Shown here piece after piece: positions 27,572 through 39,100 of a stretch of DNA of 64,000 nt (the first letter of the stretch is position 1; each line of letters begins with the position of its first letter). Under the pieces are notes generated by a model. It was not told where the DNA came from, ran no database searches, and saw only the letters and a list, made by a program, of their open reading frames with translations. Position numbers and translations under genes: made by a program. Source of the stretch: Bacteriovoracaceae bacterium (lineage in GTDB: Bacteria > Bdellovibrionota > Bacteriovoracia > Bacteriovoracales > Bacteriovoracaceae); assembly GCA_018649885.1 (NCBI GenBank), contig JABIHA010000056.1:1-64000 (forward strand). Direction: 5' to 3'.

Positions 27572-29516
27572 ATAACCCCCATTCCTTTTTGGGATGAAGC
27601 TGTTGATATGATTTTATGGAATTAAAAATATAGCTCCACTCAATAATTCGAGGTGAATGTACATCATCAATTGCACTTCTGAAAATTAGTTTTGCTCGTA
27701 AGTTGTCCTCAATCATACCATCTAATATAAAAGTAATTGGATTACATTGGTTAAAAGAAACAATTTTGAATTTCTGTGGATAAATTTGTTCTAAACAGCC
27801 GATGCCAATGATTATATGACTATTTGTGGATTTTAAAAACTCACGGGCTTGAGTTAAATTTCTTATTTTTTTAAGACTCAACTTTAATTGCTCTTGAAGT
27901 ATAGCAAGTAGAGAAAACTTAGAAGTTTTGTATGAATGCGAAGTAAATTCAAGGTAGCTATTGCCAATCTTTTCAATGCCTGTAATTTCCTTTCCTCGAT
28001 ACATGATTTTTTTAGGACAGTGAGTTGTTGTACACTTCTGGTCATCGTATTGGATAAAGCAGCCATGAGCATGGGCAAGCCGTTTAGGGTTGTAATTTTT
28101 CTTATTTATTAGCGTGCATTTTTCTTCGCTGGTGATGCCTTTAAGCCGGGCCAAAATTTTGTGTATAGTTTTTTCTTCGCTATATTCACTTTTTGGATGT
28201 GATCCTAAAAGTGTGGGGTAGCACAGTTTTTCAGCTCTAATTTTATCGTAGTAGCAATACTTGATATCCCAGCCTCTTTGATGACCAAATTCTAAATTTA
28301 GATCAACATATTCAGAAGTTGGATCAGTGGCACACGTACTTGAATCAGAGTCGAAATTCTTTGTTTTGTAATGTTTGATAATTCTATTAACAGTACTTAT
28401 AATATGTTTATCGATTCTTCCTGGGCAGTCTTGATAGTTCGCATAGAGATGCGAGTTTTCGAGTGCAATTGATACTTCAGAACATGAAGGTCTTGGAAAG
28501 AAAGATGGATATCTTTTATTTCCAGCAAAGTGGCAAACTGAATTGTCTTGATCCATTTTCAATGTACAGTTGGCGTAATCTTCTTTTTTAAGATGGTCTT
28601 TGTTTAAAATTCCTTGGCAGCGATATTTGAGATTATATATGGGAGATTCACCATTAATCACTTTATTCCAAAATCCCTTAGCTGAATATTGATTACAAAG
28701 TGCATTCAGATTATCAATATTTTGACAAAGATTTCTAAAAAATCCGATTTGGTATCTGTTCATTTTTCCACGATAATTATTGGCCCTTATAATTTTTGAT
28801 TCTATATCACTTCTTAGTGAGAAATTTTCACTTTTTATTGTCTGAAGTTCCATTTCATAATCTGAAATACTATTTACCCAGTGAGAAATTGAGCAGACAT
28901 AGGCAATGTTTTTGCTGCCGACCCATTCATTTGCCATTTTTAAGCATTGTTTTTTTGACTTTGGAAGAGAAAAATCTAGTTTTGAAAGGGTCGTTTTAAA
29001 GTTTTTCTTAGTGAATCTTTGGGCTATTAATTTGTGATCCCCACAACTAGACTTACGAATATGGGCCAGGTAATGCTTCTTCTTAACATATATTAGTGCC
29101 TTGGATCCATCTTTTCTAGGAACACTTAATAAGACTCTAGTTATTTCACCGCTAGGGCCTTTGAGCATTCCTGCCTCTAGAAATGAATAGAAGTTGCAAA
29201 AATCTTTACCAATGAGGCTTAGAACTTTTTTATCTGTGTGAAGTAGTAAGCTCGCTGTGAAAAGTGGGGAGAGTGAGAATTGACTAAGTTCGGCTAATTT
29301 TTTCTCATCAATATTTTTTTGGCTTACTTCAGTTAGTGCTTGAGTATAGGATCTGCTCGATAATTCGATAAGCTCCTCAAGACCTCCAACTAAACCCGTA
29401 AATTTCTGTGCACCAAAAGTGTTACTAATTGTGGTTAATGTAATAACCACAATAGATAAAAATGTAAAAATTTTATCAGAGCACTGATTTTGCCAAAATA
29501 TTTGCGATATCTTCAA
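27558..29516 (-). CDS. Cys-rich exported hypothetical protein
   Basis: 652-aa ORF, N-terminal hydrophobic segment, about 20 Cys; coupled to its neighbours; start uncertain. Confidence 0.7.
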   Translation of the reverse strand: MKISQIFWQNQCSDKIFTFLSIVVITLTTISNTFGAQKFTGLVGGLEELIELSSRSYTQALTEVSQKNIDEKKLAELSQFSLSPLFTASLLLHTDKKVLSLIGKDFCNFYSFLEAGMLKGPSGEITRVLLSVPRKDGSKALIYVKKKHYLAHIRKSSCGDHKLIAQRFTKKNFKTTLSKLDFSLPKSKKQCLKMANEWVGSKNIAYVCSISHWVNSISDYEMELQTIKSENFSLRSDIESKIIRANNYRGKMNRYQIGFFRNLCQNIDNLNALCNQYSAKGFWNKVINGESPIYNLKYRCQGILNKDHLKKEDYANCTLKMDQDNSVCHFAGNKRYPSFFPRPSCSEVSIALENSHLYANYQDCPGRIDKHIISTVNRIIKHYKTKNFDSDSSTCATDPTSEYVDLNLEFGHQRGWDIKYCYYDKIRAEKLCYPTLLGSHPKSEYSEEKTIHKILARLKGITSEEKCTLINKKNYNPKRLAHAHGCFIQYDDQKCTTTHCPKKIMYRGKEITGIEKIGNSYLEFTSHSYKTSKFSLLAILQEQLKLSLKKIRNLTQAREFLKSTNSHIIIGIGCLEQIYPQKFKIVSFNQCNPITFILDGMIEDNLRAKLIFRSAIDDVHSPRIIEWSYIFNSIKSYQQLHPKKEWGLYGLH

Positions 29517-31524
29517 CCCCTAGGTTTTCTGTTTTAGAGTTTTGTCCCTTCGAAGAGTTAAAATTGATCAAGCAATAGGAGCAACCTGTAGCCAGCTTTT
29601 CGGTATTCATTTCAGCAATATCTTCAAGCCTATTAAGAGCAAGGTGGTCACCTTCTGGGAGCTCATACCACATATTTCCGCCACCCATGCCACAGCATCT
29701 AGCTGTGTCTTTGGTTTTTTCCATCTCTTTTATTTTAACCCCTGGAATTGCTTCTAATACTTTTCTTGGAGCATCGTATTCACCGTGGTGACGTCCCAGA
29801 TAGCATGGATCATGAAATGTAAGCTCTTCATCAATATTTTTCTTAGGTTTTAGCTTACCTGTTTTTAGTAGTTCATTTAAAAGTTCAGAGTGGTGAATGA
29901 CTTCGAAGTTACCACCTTCAAATTGGGAGTATTCCTTTCCAATTGTATGTAAGCAGTGTGGGCAGTGGGACACAATCTTAGTGAAATCATATTGATTAAT
30001 ATTAGCAATATTATCAATGGCAACTTCAAAGTAAGAATATTCATCCCCAATTCTTCTAATAGGATCACCACAACATTTTTCTGTTTTTCCTATAACAGCA
30101 AAATCAACTCCAGCAGCATTGAATAATTTAACTGTATCGACAACGACTTTTTTATTTGCATCATCATGTGATCCAGCACAGCCAACAAAGTAAAGATAGT
30201 CTACCTTCTTGCCGGTTTCCGCAATGGGAACATCTACACCTTCGGCCCAGCCAAATCTCTCATCTTGAGCTATTCCCCATGGGTTTCCGTTTACTTTTAT
30301 CTTGTTAACAGCGTCTCCGGCAGCTGGAGGTATTTCTCCAAGGGTAAGAACCTTGTATCTCTTTGCCTCCATTATCAAGCTGACGTGTTCAATGTTCGCT
30401 GGGCATTCTTCCATGCAAGCACCGCAGGTAGTACATGAGTCTAGCTCGTTTGTGGTATATAATGTTTTTTCCCAAATATCGCCATCGGGTTCACCTGATT
30501 TTTTTACTCCCTCAGCAAAATCTCTTAGTTTTGTGATTATCAATTTGGGATCAAGCGGTTTTCCTGCAGATTCAGCTGGACATGCTTGGGTACAACGACC
30601 ACATTCGACGCAAGAAATTGTGTCTAGCCGATTTTTCATTGTTAACTCTGATAGTTTACCTAGACCAAAAGTTTCAGCCTCTTCATTTTCAAAGTCCATG
30701 GCACCTAAAATGGCACCTCTTCTTGCAGGAGTGATTAGTGAAGCAAATGGAAGAAAAATAAAATGTGAAAATTTTGTGTATCCAATACTGGCAATAAAAA
30801 TCATTGTCATTGCCATGTGAAAAAACCATAAGCCTTGGTAAAGGATTGCTTGGGTACCGTCACTAAGGGCCAGACCCTGAAGTGAAAGCGCTAGCGTGTA
30901 TCCAATTGGCGCCCAAAGTTTTTCACCGGCTGGCATGCCGGTGCCCATAATTCTAAATCCTTCAATCAAGTAACCAACTACAACTAGGTTAGCTAGAGTT
31001 CCATACATAAATCTTTCACGATTTGGATTAGTTGCTGAAAGATACTTTGGTCTCTCAACGTATCTTCGTTTAAAGGCAAGAAAAAGACCTATTAGTACCA
31101 TGATTCCTGCAATATCTGCCAGAAAGCTTATGACGATATAAAGTGGGCCTTGAAAAATTTTAAAAGGTGTATCGGCGTGAATGGCCACAAGGTCAGTAGC
31201 AATCCACAAAATAAGAAAGCCATAATATATTAGGGCGTGGAAGGCCCCTACTTTTTTATCTCTGGGTACTTTTCCTTGAAGAAAAAGTGTTTTTAGAAAA
31301 TTATCCCATCTTAGTTCTGAAAGCGCTGGAACTAATCCAGCTCCAGGTTTTAGAGCAGTGAGAGCAGAAACTCCCTTTTTTCCGGAAATATAGCTTAATT
31401 TTTCAAAAAGGCCTTTAAACATGATGCCTGTACTAATAAAAAATAATACATACATCGCCAATTTAAACGAGTCAGGAATTGCCCACATTATTTCACGAGT
31501 GGCTAGTGCTGCACTACCGTCCAT
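29476..31524 (-). CDS. fadF: Membrane-anchored Fe-S oxidoreductase (FadF/HdrD-like, CCG domains)
   Basis: NarI-like TM region, CVECGRCTQACP and CTTCGACMEECP, CCG motifs, TFHDPCYLGR; GGGAG SD before the ATG at 31524. Confidence 0.88.
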   Translation of the reverse strand: MDGSAALATREIMWAIPDSFKLAMYVLFFISTGIMFKGLFEKLSYISGKKGVSALTALKPGAGLVPALSELRWDNFLKTLFLQGKVPRDKKVGAFHALIYYGFLILWIATDLVAIHADTPFKIFQGPLYIVISFLADIAGIMVLIGLFLAFKRRYVERPKYLSATNPNRERFMYGTLANLVVVGYLIEGFRIMGTGMPAGEKLWAPIGYTLALSLQGLALSDGTQAILYQGLWFFHMAMTMIFIASIGYTKFSHFIFLPFASLITPARRGAILGAMDFENEEAETFGLGKLSELTMKNRLDTISCVECGRCTQACPAESAGKPLDPKLIITKLRDFAEGVKKSGEPDGDIWEKTLYTTNELDSCTTCGACMEECPANIEHVSLIMEAKRYKVLTLGEIPPAAGDAVNKIKVNGNPWGIAQDERFGWAEGVDVPIAETGKKVDYLYFVGCAGSHDDANKKVVVDTVKLFNAAGVDFAVIGKTEKCCGDPIRRIGDEYSYFEVAIDNIANINQYDFTKIVSHCPHCLHTIGKEYSQFEGGNFEVIHHSELLNELLKTGKLKPKKNIDEELTFHDPCYLGRHHGEYDAPRKVLEAIPGVKIKEMEKTKDTARCCGMGGGNMWYELPEGDHLALNRLEDIAEMNTEKLATGCSYCLINFNSSKGQNSKTENLGVEDIANILAKSVL

Positions 31525-31594
31525 CTTTTCTCCCAAGCTTACTTTGAAATATTTTGCTTTGTTATTATACAAAGTTTTTATAAGGTAAGCTAAT

Positions 31595-32245
31595 ATGCTA
31601 GAAATTAAACCAATGATCGCTGCGCAGCTTGCCGCATTTGGACTCACCTCTGCCTATCTCGTAGCAAATTCATTTCGCATAATTCCTAATTCTCCATTTT
31701 TTAAGTGGAGAACTTTACATAAGGTTATCGCTGCCTTTTCACTCGTTTTTTATTGCATGGTTCTATTATTCAATATTCAACTGGGACCAGTTTTTAAAAA
31801 TGGTTTTGTTGGTGCTGTAGCTGGCCTATATTTTTTCTCATATGCCGGAATGTTATTGTTGACTGGAAAAGTCGAAGATCCATTCCTTCAAAAGAAACAA
31901 ATGGCCGTTGGTAAGAAAGTGTTCTTTCTCGGACCCCTTGTAGGAGTCACTTCAGCTAAATATTTTCCCAATGCTTTCGCCTATATCACAGGCTGTTTAG
32001 GCATTTTTGCCTCAGGGATGGCGCTAAGGTACATTGCTCCGAGAAATAAAATCGCCATGAAAAAGCTGTGCCTATCGGGGCTATTTTTTGTGGGTTGTTG
32101 TGGTTCTCTTATATGGTACCTCAGTAGTACAAATAATTCTTTTCTTCTGCTGGCGCTACTGTGCTTTAGTTTATCTTTGCTTTTTTTCGATCAATCACTA
32201 AACTGGTTTTTTATAGTCATAGAAAGAAAGGACGAATCGCTTTGA
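31595..32245 (+). CDS. Hypothetical membrane protein
   Basis: About 7 hydrophobic segments; stop overlaps the next start. Confidence 0.6.
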   Translation: MLEIKPMIAAQLAAFGLTSAYLVANSFRIIPNSPFFKWRTLHKVIAAFSLVFYCMVLLFNIQLGPVFKNGFVGAVAGLYFFSYAGMLLLTGKVEDPFLQKKQMAVGKKVFFLGPLVGVTSAKYFPNAFAYITGCLGIFASGMALRYIAPRNKIAMKKLCLSGLFFVGCCGSLIWYLSSTNNSFLLLALLCFSLSLLFFDQSLNWFFIVIERKDESL

Positions 32246-33258
32246 CTAGATTGTGGCCATGTTTATTTTTTCTTCTGAGTTGCTCACAAATTGCCTCTCT
32301 AAATATGGAGAGACACACTTTTGATACTGACCCACAAACAGTTGTCTGGTTTCAAATAGCGGGGCTAGCTGAGGAGCACTTAGCACTGCTTCGATATTCA
32401 TATCAAGAAGCAAGTCGAAAAACATCTTTTGAAACATATTCATGTGGTGGAAAACTTTGGAACTATAATCTCTACAATATTAGACCTTCCTCGACAGAGA
32501 GCTTTAACTCTCAAATGCTAGGGGTGGCAAATATTAAAGGCAATTGTGAAGATTTAAACCATAAACCTATTTGGAGTGACTTTCAGGAGAAAGGACATGA
32601 TGTTGTATTTTTCGAAATAGGGGCACATAAGGATCAAGGTTTAAGAAAATTTTTGGGCTGTGAGAATTTTAAAAAATATTACCACAAAACTACTATTCTG
32701 GAGATGGTTGAAAAGCCAAAAGCTTCAGAGGATCTTTTCCATTTCCAGGATAAAAAGAAATTTTCAGCTGGAAAAATATACTATGATAAATCTTGTAGAG
32801 GAAATGGGTGTTATTCAAGTATTTTGAATAATGCCGACATGGTTTTAACTGAGATCCAAAGACGGAATAAACCATTTAATTTTCTAATTGTAAGAGATTT
32901 TAGTTTCGAGCGTGCACTAGCACAAAATAAAATTGGAAAGGCCAGAGAGATTCTTCTTGAGTTAGACTCGCTTCATTTCAATATAAAAAAAGTGATGTTG
33001 AATAAGGACAAGGAAACTTTAGTCCTTGTCACTTCAACCGCGGCCAGACCGATTGAATTTCCTAATCAGGGAAAACAGTGGAAGTCTTATGAAAAAGCAG
33101 GGAAAAATATCATATACAAAAAACCATCTCTGATTTCATCTGCTTGGGCCTGGGGTTCTAGAGCAGAAAATTTCTGCGGCTTTTACGAGGAATCTCAAAT
33201 ATTTTCCCGTTTTTCTTCACCGTTCAAAGGACAAGGCCTTCTTCGAAGGATCTTTTAG
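32242..33258 (+). CDS. Lipoprotein with a degenerate alkaline-phosphatase-like fold
   Basis: Lipobox LLSC; TVVWFQIAGL, ETLVLVTST and AWAWG..AENFCG.YE...IF resemble PhoA core strands. Confidence 0.55.
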   Translation: MTRLWPCLFFLLSCSQIASLNMERHTFDTDPQTVVWFQIAGLAEEHLALLRYSYQEASRKTSFETYSCGGKLWNYNLYNIRPSSTESFNSQMLGVANIKGNCEDLNHKPIWSDFQEKGHDVVFFEIGAHKDQGLRKFLGCENFKKYYHKTTILEMVEKPKASEDLFHFQDKKKFSAGKIYYDKSCRGNGCYSSILNNADMVLTEIQRRNKPFNFLIVRDFSFERALAQNKIGKAREILLELDSLHFNIKKVMLNKDKETLVLVTSTAARPIEFPNQGKQWKSYEKAGKNIIYKKPSLISSAWAWGSRAENFCGFYEESQIFSRFSSPFKGQGLLRRIF

Positions 33259-33348
33259 TCTGTATTTTTTTCATGAACCTTGGTTTGAATTAGGTTCCAA
33301 GCCCCCTTTCATATATAAATACCTGAAATCAAAAAAATAAGGTCAGGT

Positions 33349-33777
33349 TTGAACGGAGTATACAAAAGCACTATTATTTCTATCTTCTGCTTTTTCATGG
33401 CATTTAATTCATATGCAAGGTTTCCCTTCTTGGTCTCTTCTGGATCAGTTATTGTTGATTCAGTTTGTGCCTATAAGAACTATGGTGCGGAAATAAATAG
33501 AATCGCCGCTACCAAGATGCCTTTTTCAGACAAGACGCAACATTGCTCTGTTAGTTGCCGTGTGGGTTTAAAGTGTGGAATTCAGATAATTTCCATGATG
33601 GGAGTTGGTAAGGAGGCGATTGATGCACTTCCATTTAATAGTGGAAATGCAGAGATTCTAGACCTTAAGGCAGACTTGAGCGGTATTCTCCTATCAATTA
33701 GAAGGCCATTTCTAAATCCCGACCAATGCTTAGTGAAGTGCACCGCTTGGTACGGATACAAATTTCCAAAGAAATAG
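33349..33777 (+). CDS. Small secreted protein, YfiM/DUF2279-like
   Basis: Signal peptide; DKTQH...GVGKEAID...DLKAD..G pattern. Confidence 0.5.
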   Translation: MNGVYKSTIISIFCFFMAFNSYARFPFLVSSGSVIVDSVCAYKNYGAEINRIAATKMPFSDKTQHCSVSCRVGLKCGIQIISMMGVGKEAIDALPFNSGNAEILDLKADLSGILLSIRRPFLNPDQCLVKCTAWYGYKFPKK

Positions 33778-33837
33778 CGCGCCTCGACAGATCAAGAAAG
33801 TTCTCTTCAAATTTTAAAAGAGTTGATACAAAGGATC

Positions 33838-36192
33838 ATGGCAAAAACCCCTGTAGTGGCCCTTTATTCAACACCCCACGATTTTTTATCCCAATGTAAA
33901 AAATCACAGACTGGTGATTTGGTTTTCATCACACCAAGTCCCAAGAAAGCTGACCACGTTAGAAGCTTACTTATGGGTCACGATTTATCAGAAAGCTGTG
34001 AAGTATTAACCATTAATAAATTTATTTCAAATCAAATGAAAGAAAACCTTGGCACTACTTCACCACAAAGTATCAAAACTAAATCTAGTTATATGCTTGT
34101 CATGGCAGCTGTGTGGAAGAATATGTGGGGAAGTGGAGAATATAATCAATTCGTTTCTGCTTTTAAATTATTTACTGATTTAAGATCATTTACTATTGAT
34201 CACGAATTTCTCTCACCCATTTGGGAACATTACACCGAGAAGATGGCAAATTCTGTCAGGACGTTTTATCAAATTTCCCAAAACCTCGATCTTATTGATG
34301 AGCAGGCTTCATATGCTAAATTGGCAGAAACTCTTCGGGCTCCTGCTCCTGAGGTGGAGACTGACTCCAGTGGAAGGCAATTTGTATTTTGGGGTTTTAG
34401 TCATCTTGGTGCCAACCAAATTGATTATATCAAAGCCTTTTCTATTAGAAATAATGTCCTTATCCCCTTTCCTAAAAGAGCTCTTCACAGGGCCATCATG
34501 AGTGATTGGATTTCATGGTTTGTTGATTTATCTAAAGTCGAGGATAGTGCTGAGACCAGTGTTCAAAGTATCAATTGTGCTAAGTTTCCAAAAGGTATGT
34601 TATCTCAAACTTTAAGAGATTTTCTAACGACCTGTGATGAAGAGCAAGGAGTAGACCTCTATCTTGGGGCAAAGAAAACTCAAATTGAAGCCTTCTATGA
34701 GATACCTACGAAGAATCTATTTTCAAAAGGTCAAGTAGACCTATTTGAAGACGAAGTTGAGCAGGTCTTTGGGCAGCTGTACCAAAGTATTGATTCAGGT
34801 AACTCAAATATTTCAAAGTTAAAGAGTTTACTTAAAGACAGTCTTCAGAAGACAAATTTTAAATATATAAAAGTGGTTTCAATAGTTCATGATATTCTTG
34901 ATGAGTGGGTAGAGCTATCAGATGATCATGATGAAATTTCGAGGTTTGAGTTAGATCTTTTTAAAGAAATTGCCATACTGGATTTACCGCGTAATTATTT
35001 CTTGCCTCTCAGTAAAGATATGTCGGGGGAGGTATTTACTGTAGATGATCTTATTGTAAGAGATGCTAGTAAAACAAATATACTAGTGGTGGCAAGTCAC
35101 CTTTCATCGATTAGATCTATGCAAAGTGATTACCCAGACAAATTAGAAAAATCTCTTTGCGCTTTGGGCCCTATTAGAAGACCTGAGTTTGATTTTTGTA
35201 TATTAAAAGAGGAAATTTTAGATTTTATTGGGGAGAAAAATACTGTTTTGCTTCTAGAGGGCGGAGTTGCAGACTCAAGTTTAGATTGGAATGAAATACT
35301 TCGAAATTGTAGTTTAGAGTATTTTGAAATTGGAAGTGTAAAGCATGCTCCTCGCCCATGGGATGTTACTGCTGAAAGTATTAGACTAGAGAAAGTTTCC
35401 CCTACAAGCTTGCAGTTATATCTTGATTGTCCAAGGAAGTATTTTTTAAGATATCATAAAAAATTGAATTCAAATATTTCCCTAGCTTCTGAGCTTCAAG
35501 CTTTTGAGTTAGGGGACTTAGAGCACAAAGTTGTGCAAAAGTATTTAACTGCTTTCAATAAGTGGGATACGACTAGTTTTCTAAAGGTCGTAGAAGAGAT
35601 CATTAATGGGTTTCTCTGCTCGAATAAAAAGAATGTTGATCAAATATATATTGATAAATACAAACGAGAGATAACAAATCGCTCAAAGCTCGGAATCCAA
35701 TTTCTATTAAACTTAGATTCAAATACAACCTTTGAGTTTGAAAAAAAACTCGAGCATGTTTTTTGTGATGTAGAGGTTTATGGAAGGGCAGACTGTATTA
35801 TTCATTTGAATGAAAAGAGTGCCGTTATTGATTTTAAAAGATCTTCATCATCAATACCTGCAATTGGTCAGTTTAAAAAATTTGAAAAAGTTCAAGGCTG
35901 GGTTTATCCACTTTTATTAAGCAAGACCTTTAAAACCATTGGGACAGGCTATTTAAATTTAGAAGAGCCTCAGAAGTCACTTCTTTTCTCTGAAAAAGAG
36001 GGGGGACTTGAAGGATGGAGACCATATTCTTTTGGGGATGAGCTTTCGAAGTTTGAAGTGTTTTTAAATAGCACAATTGAAAAGATGAAAAGTGATACTT
36101 CCTTTTTGCCACTGCCGAGTTCGAGTGCAGCTTGCAAGTACTGCGATTTTTCACCAATTTGCTCAAAAGGAGTCGACGTTGACATCTCCTAA
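33838..36192 (+). CDS. addB: AddB-like subunit (inactive helicase plus PD-(D/E)XK Fe-S nuclease)
   Basis: SPTSLQLYLDCPRKY, GRAD...VIDFK, ACKYCDFSPIC; overlaps addA. Confidence 0.8.
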   Translation: MAKTPVVALYSTPHDFLSQCKKSQTGDLVFITPSPKKADHVRSLLMGHDLSESCEVLTINKFISNQMKENLGTTSPQSIKTKSSYMLVMAAVWKNMWGSGEYNQFVSAFKLFTDLRSFTIDHEFLSPIWEHYTEKMANSVRTFYQISQNLDLIDEQASYAKLAETLRAPAPEVETDSSGRQFVFWGFSHLGANQIDYIKAFSIRNNVLIPFPKRALHRAIMSDWISWFVDLSKVEDSAETSVQSINCAKFPKGMLSQTLRDFLTTCDEEQGVDLYLGAKKTQIEAFYEIPTKNLFSKGQVDLFEDEVEQVFGQLYQSIDSGNSNISKLKSLLKDSLQKTNFKYIKVVSIVHDILDEWVELSDDHDEISRFELDLFKEIAILDLPRNYFLPLSKDMSGEVFTVDDLIVRDASKTNILVVASHLSSIRSMQSDYPDKLEKSLCALGPIRRPEFDFCILKEEILDFIGEKNTVLLLEGGVADSSLDWNEILRNCSLEYFEIGSVKHAPRPWDVTAESIRLEKVSPTSLQLYLDCPRKYFLRYHKKLNSNISLASELQAFELGDLEHKVVQKYLTAFNKWDTTSFLKVVEEIINGFLCSNKKNVDQIYIDKYKREITNRSKLGIQFLLNLDSNTTFEFEKKLEHVFCDVEVYGRADCIIHLNEKSAVIDFKRSSSSIPAIGQFKKFEKVQGWVYPLLLSKTFKTIGTGYLNLEEPQKSLLFSEKEGGLEGWRPYSFGDELSKFEVFLNSTIEKMKSDTSFLPLPSSSAACKYCDFSPICSKGVDVDIS

Positions 36193-39100
36193 TGACGAGC
36201 AAATGGTGGCCATAAAATCAAAGGGAGGAGTCCTTCTTCAGGCCGGTGCCGGTTCAGGAAAAACATTTGTTTTAGTGAATCATTTGATTTTTTTGATTGA
36301 AGATATCATTGAAAAAGATTCGAGCGACCAGCAACTTGTTTTCGAAAAATTAAAGAAACTTTTCCAGAGTATGGTTTTGATGACTTTTACTAGAAAGGCG
36401 GCAGGTGAGCTATCAATAAGAGTTTCTAGAGAGATTGAAAGTAAGGTTAAAGAGCATGGTGGAGTCTGGAGTGAAGTGCAATCGATGTTTTCACTTATAA
36501 ATATAACTACTATTCATGGTTTCTGCTCAAAGTTATTAAGAGAAGGGTATGCTCCTGCAATTCGATCGGACTTTGAAATAATTTCAGAAGTAGCTCAGAA
36601 AAAAAGAATTGAAGATCTATTTCTAAATTGGGTTAAAAGTAGAAAAGATTTACTTAGTGAAATATTTCTTTCTCATGATCAGCAAACGATTGGTGCACTA
36701 TATAGCATTTTTCAAGATCCCTCTCTTCGAATCGATTGGCAGGGTAGTCAAGAATCAGCTCAAGGTTTTTCTGATCTTATGAGGCAAATATTTGAATTAC
36801 ATGATTGGAAATACCTTCCACAGTTAAAAGATGGATTTTTAAGTAATTTTAGTGATCAAAGCGACAAGAAGTGGTTTGGATATTTAGATGAACTTTCAAG
36901 CTTACTGTGCTCAACGCAAATTAAAGATTGGGATAGCTATCAACGTTACTTGGATCATTTTGTAAAATACAAGGGCGTTAGGGCACCAACTGAGAAGTCT
37001 GGGTTGATTGAAGTTAGGGAGTTGATGGCCGAAGCTAAAGAGCTGCGAGAATTGCTTGTAAAATACGCTGATGACTTTGGCGCATACCTATCTGATGATC
37101 AAGGCCAATTCGTAGGTTGGAATGAGGGAGTCGTCCAGCTCATTAAATATATTGAAACTCATTACCATGAGTATCAGGGCTTAACTTATGCCGATTTAGA
37201 GTACTTTGTTTTAAAGGCCCTAGAACATGATGGAGTCGTTGATTCTATCAAAGAGAAATATCAATATTTTATAATAGATGAATATCAAGATACCTCCGAA
37301 GCGCAATATTCAATTGTTCACAAGTTGATTGGAGGTGATTACGATAAGGCCTATTTTGTCGGTGATGTAAAACAAGCAATTTATGGTTTCAGGGGAGGAG
37401 AGTTAAACGTATTTTTAGGAACAAAGAAACTTGTCAGCTCAGTCCTTGAATTAAGCAACAATTATAGATCAACAGGAAAGGTTATTAACTTTAATAACAA
37501 TTTCTTTCGCTACTTATTTAAACTGGGAGCAGGATTTAAAGGTGTAGATAAGTTTGAAATAAAAATAAGTGATCAGATTTGTCCAATTGAAGAAAGGTCT
37601 GATAGCGGACATGTGACCAGTGTTATTTCTCCTATGGATCAAGGTATTAAAAAGCCCACAGCTGTTATCGCAAATAGATTAGAAGCGAAGGCCATGGTCA
37701 CTAAAATTGAAGAGATTTTAGAAAGTAAGCTGCCAGATGAAGATATTGCCATTTTATATAAAAACCTAGCTCCATCGTCCTACCTAATTAAATTTTTGAT
37801 TGAAAAAGATATTAGCTTTACCGCTCAAATTAAAATACCAAGCAGAGAGGATCCAGTTATTGGTATTTTCTACTTACTTGTTAGCTCACTTTTAGATCGT
37901 GAAGATGATAGGCTTTACTTTGAAGTGCTTACTGGTTATTTGAAAGTTCTGGATACAAGTATTGATTTAGATCTTGTAAAGAATATTGAACAATGGGGTG
38001 CAGATATTCAGGTACTTGGACTCTACCATTCATTCCAAAAATTTATTTATAAACTTGGTATTTCCAATTCAAATTTTTCTAATAATTTACAGTTAATTAA
38101 AGATCTATGTCTTACCACTTGTTCTGATATTGAAAATGTGTGGAGGAAGTTAAAAACTCATTTTGATGGTAAGTATTCTTTCGAGTTTGAATACGGCGCT
38201 CGTCCAGAGCAAATCAAAATCATGACCACTCATGCCTCCAAGGGATTGGAGTTCGATCACGTGCTACTTGGAGGAATATATTCCAATGGTAGGACAGTCG
38301 TTTCAAAGGATTTATTGGGGAGCATTCCTGGTAGTTTTAAATGGAAAAAAAGTGAGTCTCAAAAAGATTTTTACATGAGTCCTGCATATATTCTTGAGAG
38401 ACAAATAAAAAGAAAGAAAGACTTTTCAGAGGACAAGAGGCTATTTTATGTAGCATGTACAAGAGCAAAAGATTCTCTGACATGGATTGATCTTTCAATT
38501 AATGGAATGTATCAAAATTCTTGGATAGGTGGATTGCGCTCATTTTTTGACAACGAGCTTGCTCTTTACAATCAGATGGTAGAAGTACAGAAGTCAGGAT
38601 CAGAAAAAGTAGAAGACACTCAGGCCAAGGAAATCCCACCACTATTTCATATATCAAGGATGGGCCTGTGTGAAAAATTGACTAAAGATAATGATTTAGT
38701 GCTGACCTCTGATCTCTCTGTTACAAGATTAACAACGATTGTTGAGTGCCCTCGAAAATTCTATTTACAAAATATTTGCCGTATTGATCAAACAGATCTT
38801 GAAAAGTTTGATTTGCTCGGTGTGAATATTGGAGCTGGTAAGACTGAAGGCGAAGAAGTCGTTGTAAAAAGTTCTGCTGAAAGGGGAAGCCAGCTTCATT
38901 TAGATATTTCTAAGATGATTAAAAATAGGTGGGTAATCCCACTGACCTATGAAGGAAGCGACGATAAACCAATACTCGAGTGGGTTAAATCAGAGCTAAC
39001 GGGTGGGGAAGCCGAGTTTAAATATATCAGTGAAAAGGATTTAAAATTTCCCGTGTTTGGTCACATGGTTTCAGGCACACCGGATTTAGTGGTACTGCCA

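Noticed and set aside
31525..31647. Apparent head-to-head overlap of fadF with the 31595 gene
   Set aside because: Disappears when the SD-supported ATG at 31524 is used
36092..36178. Long addB/addA overlap with a Cys-containing N-terminus
   Set aside because: The likely start is the TTG at 36179, leaving an ordinary short overlap
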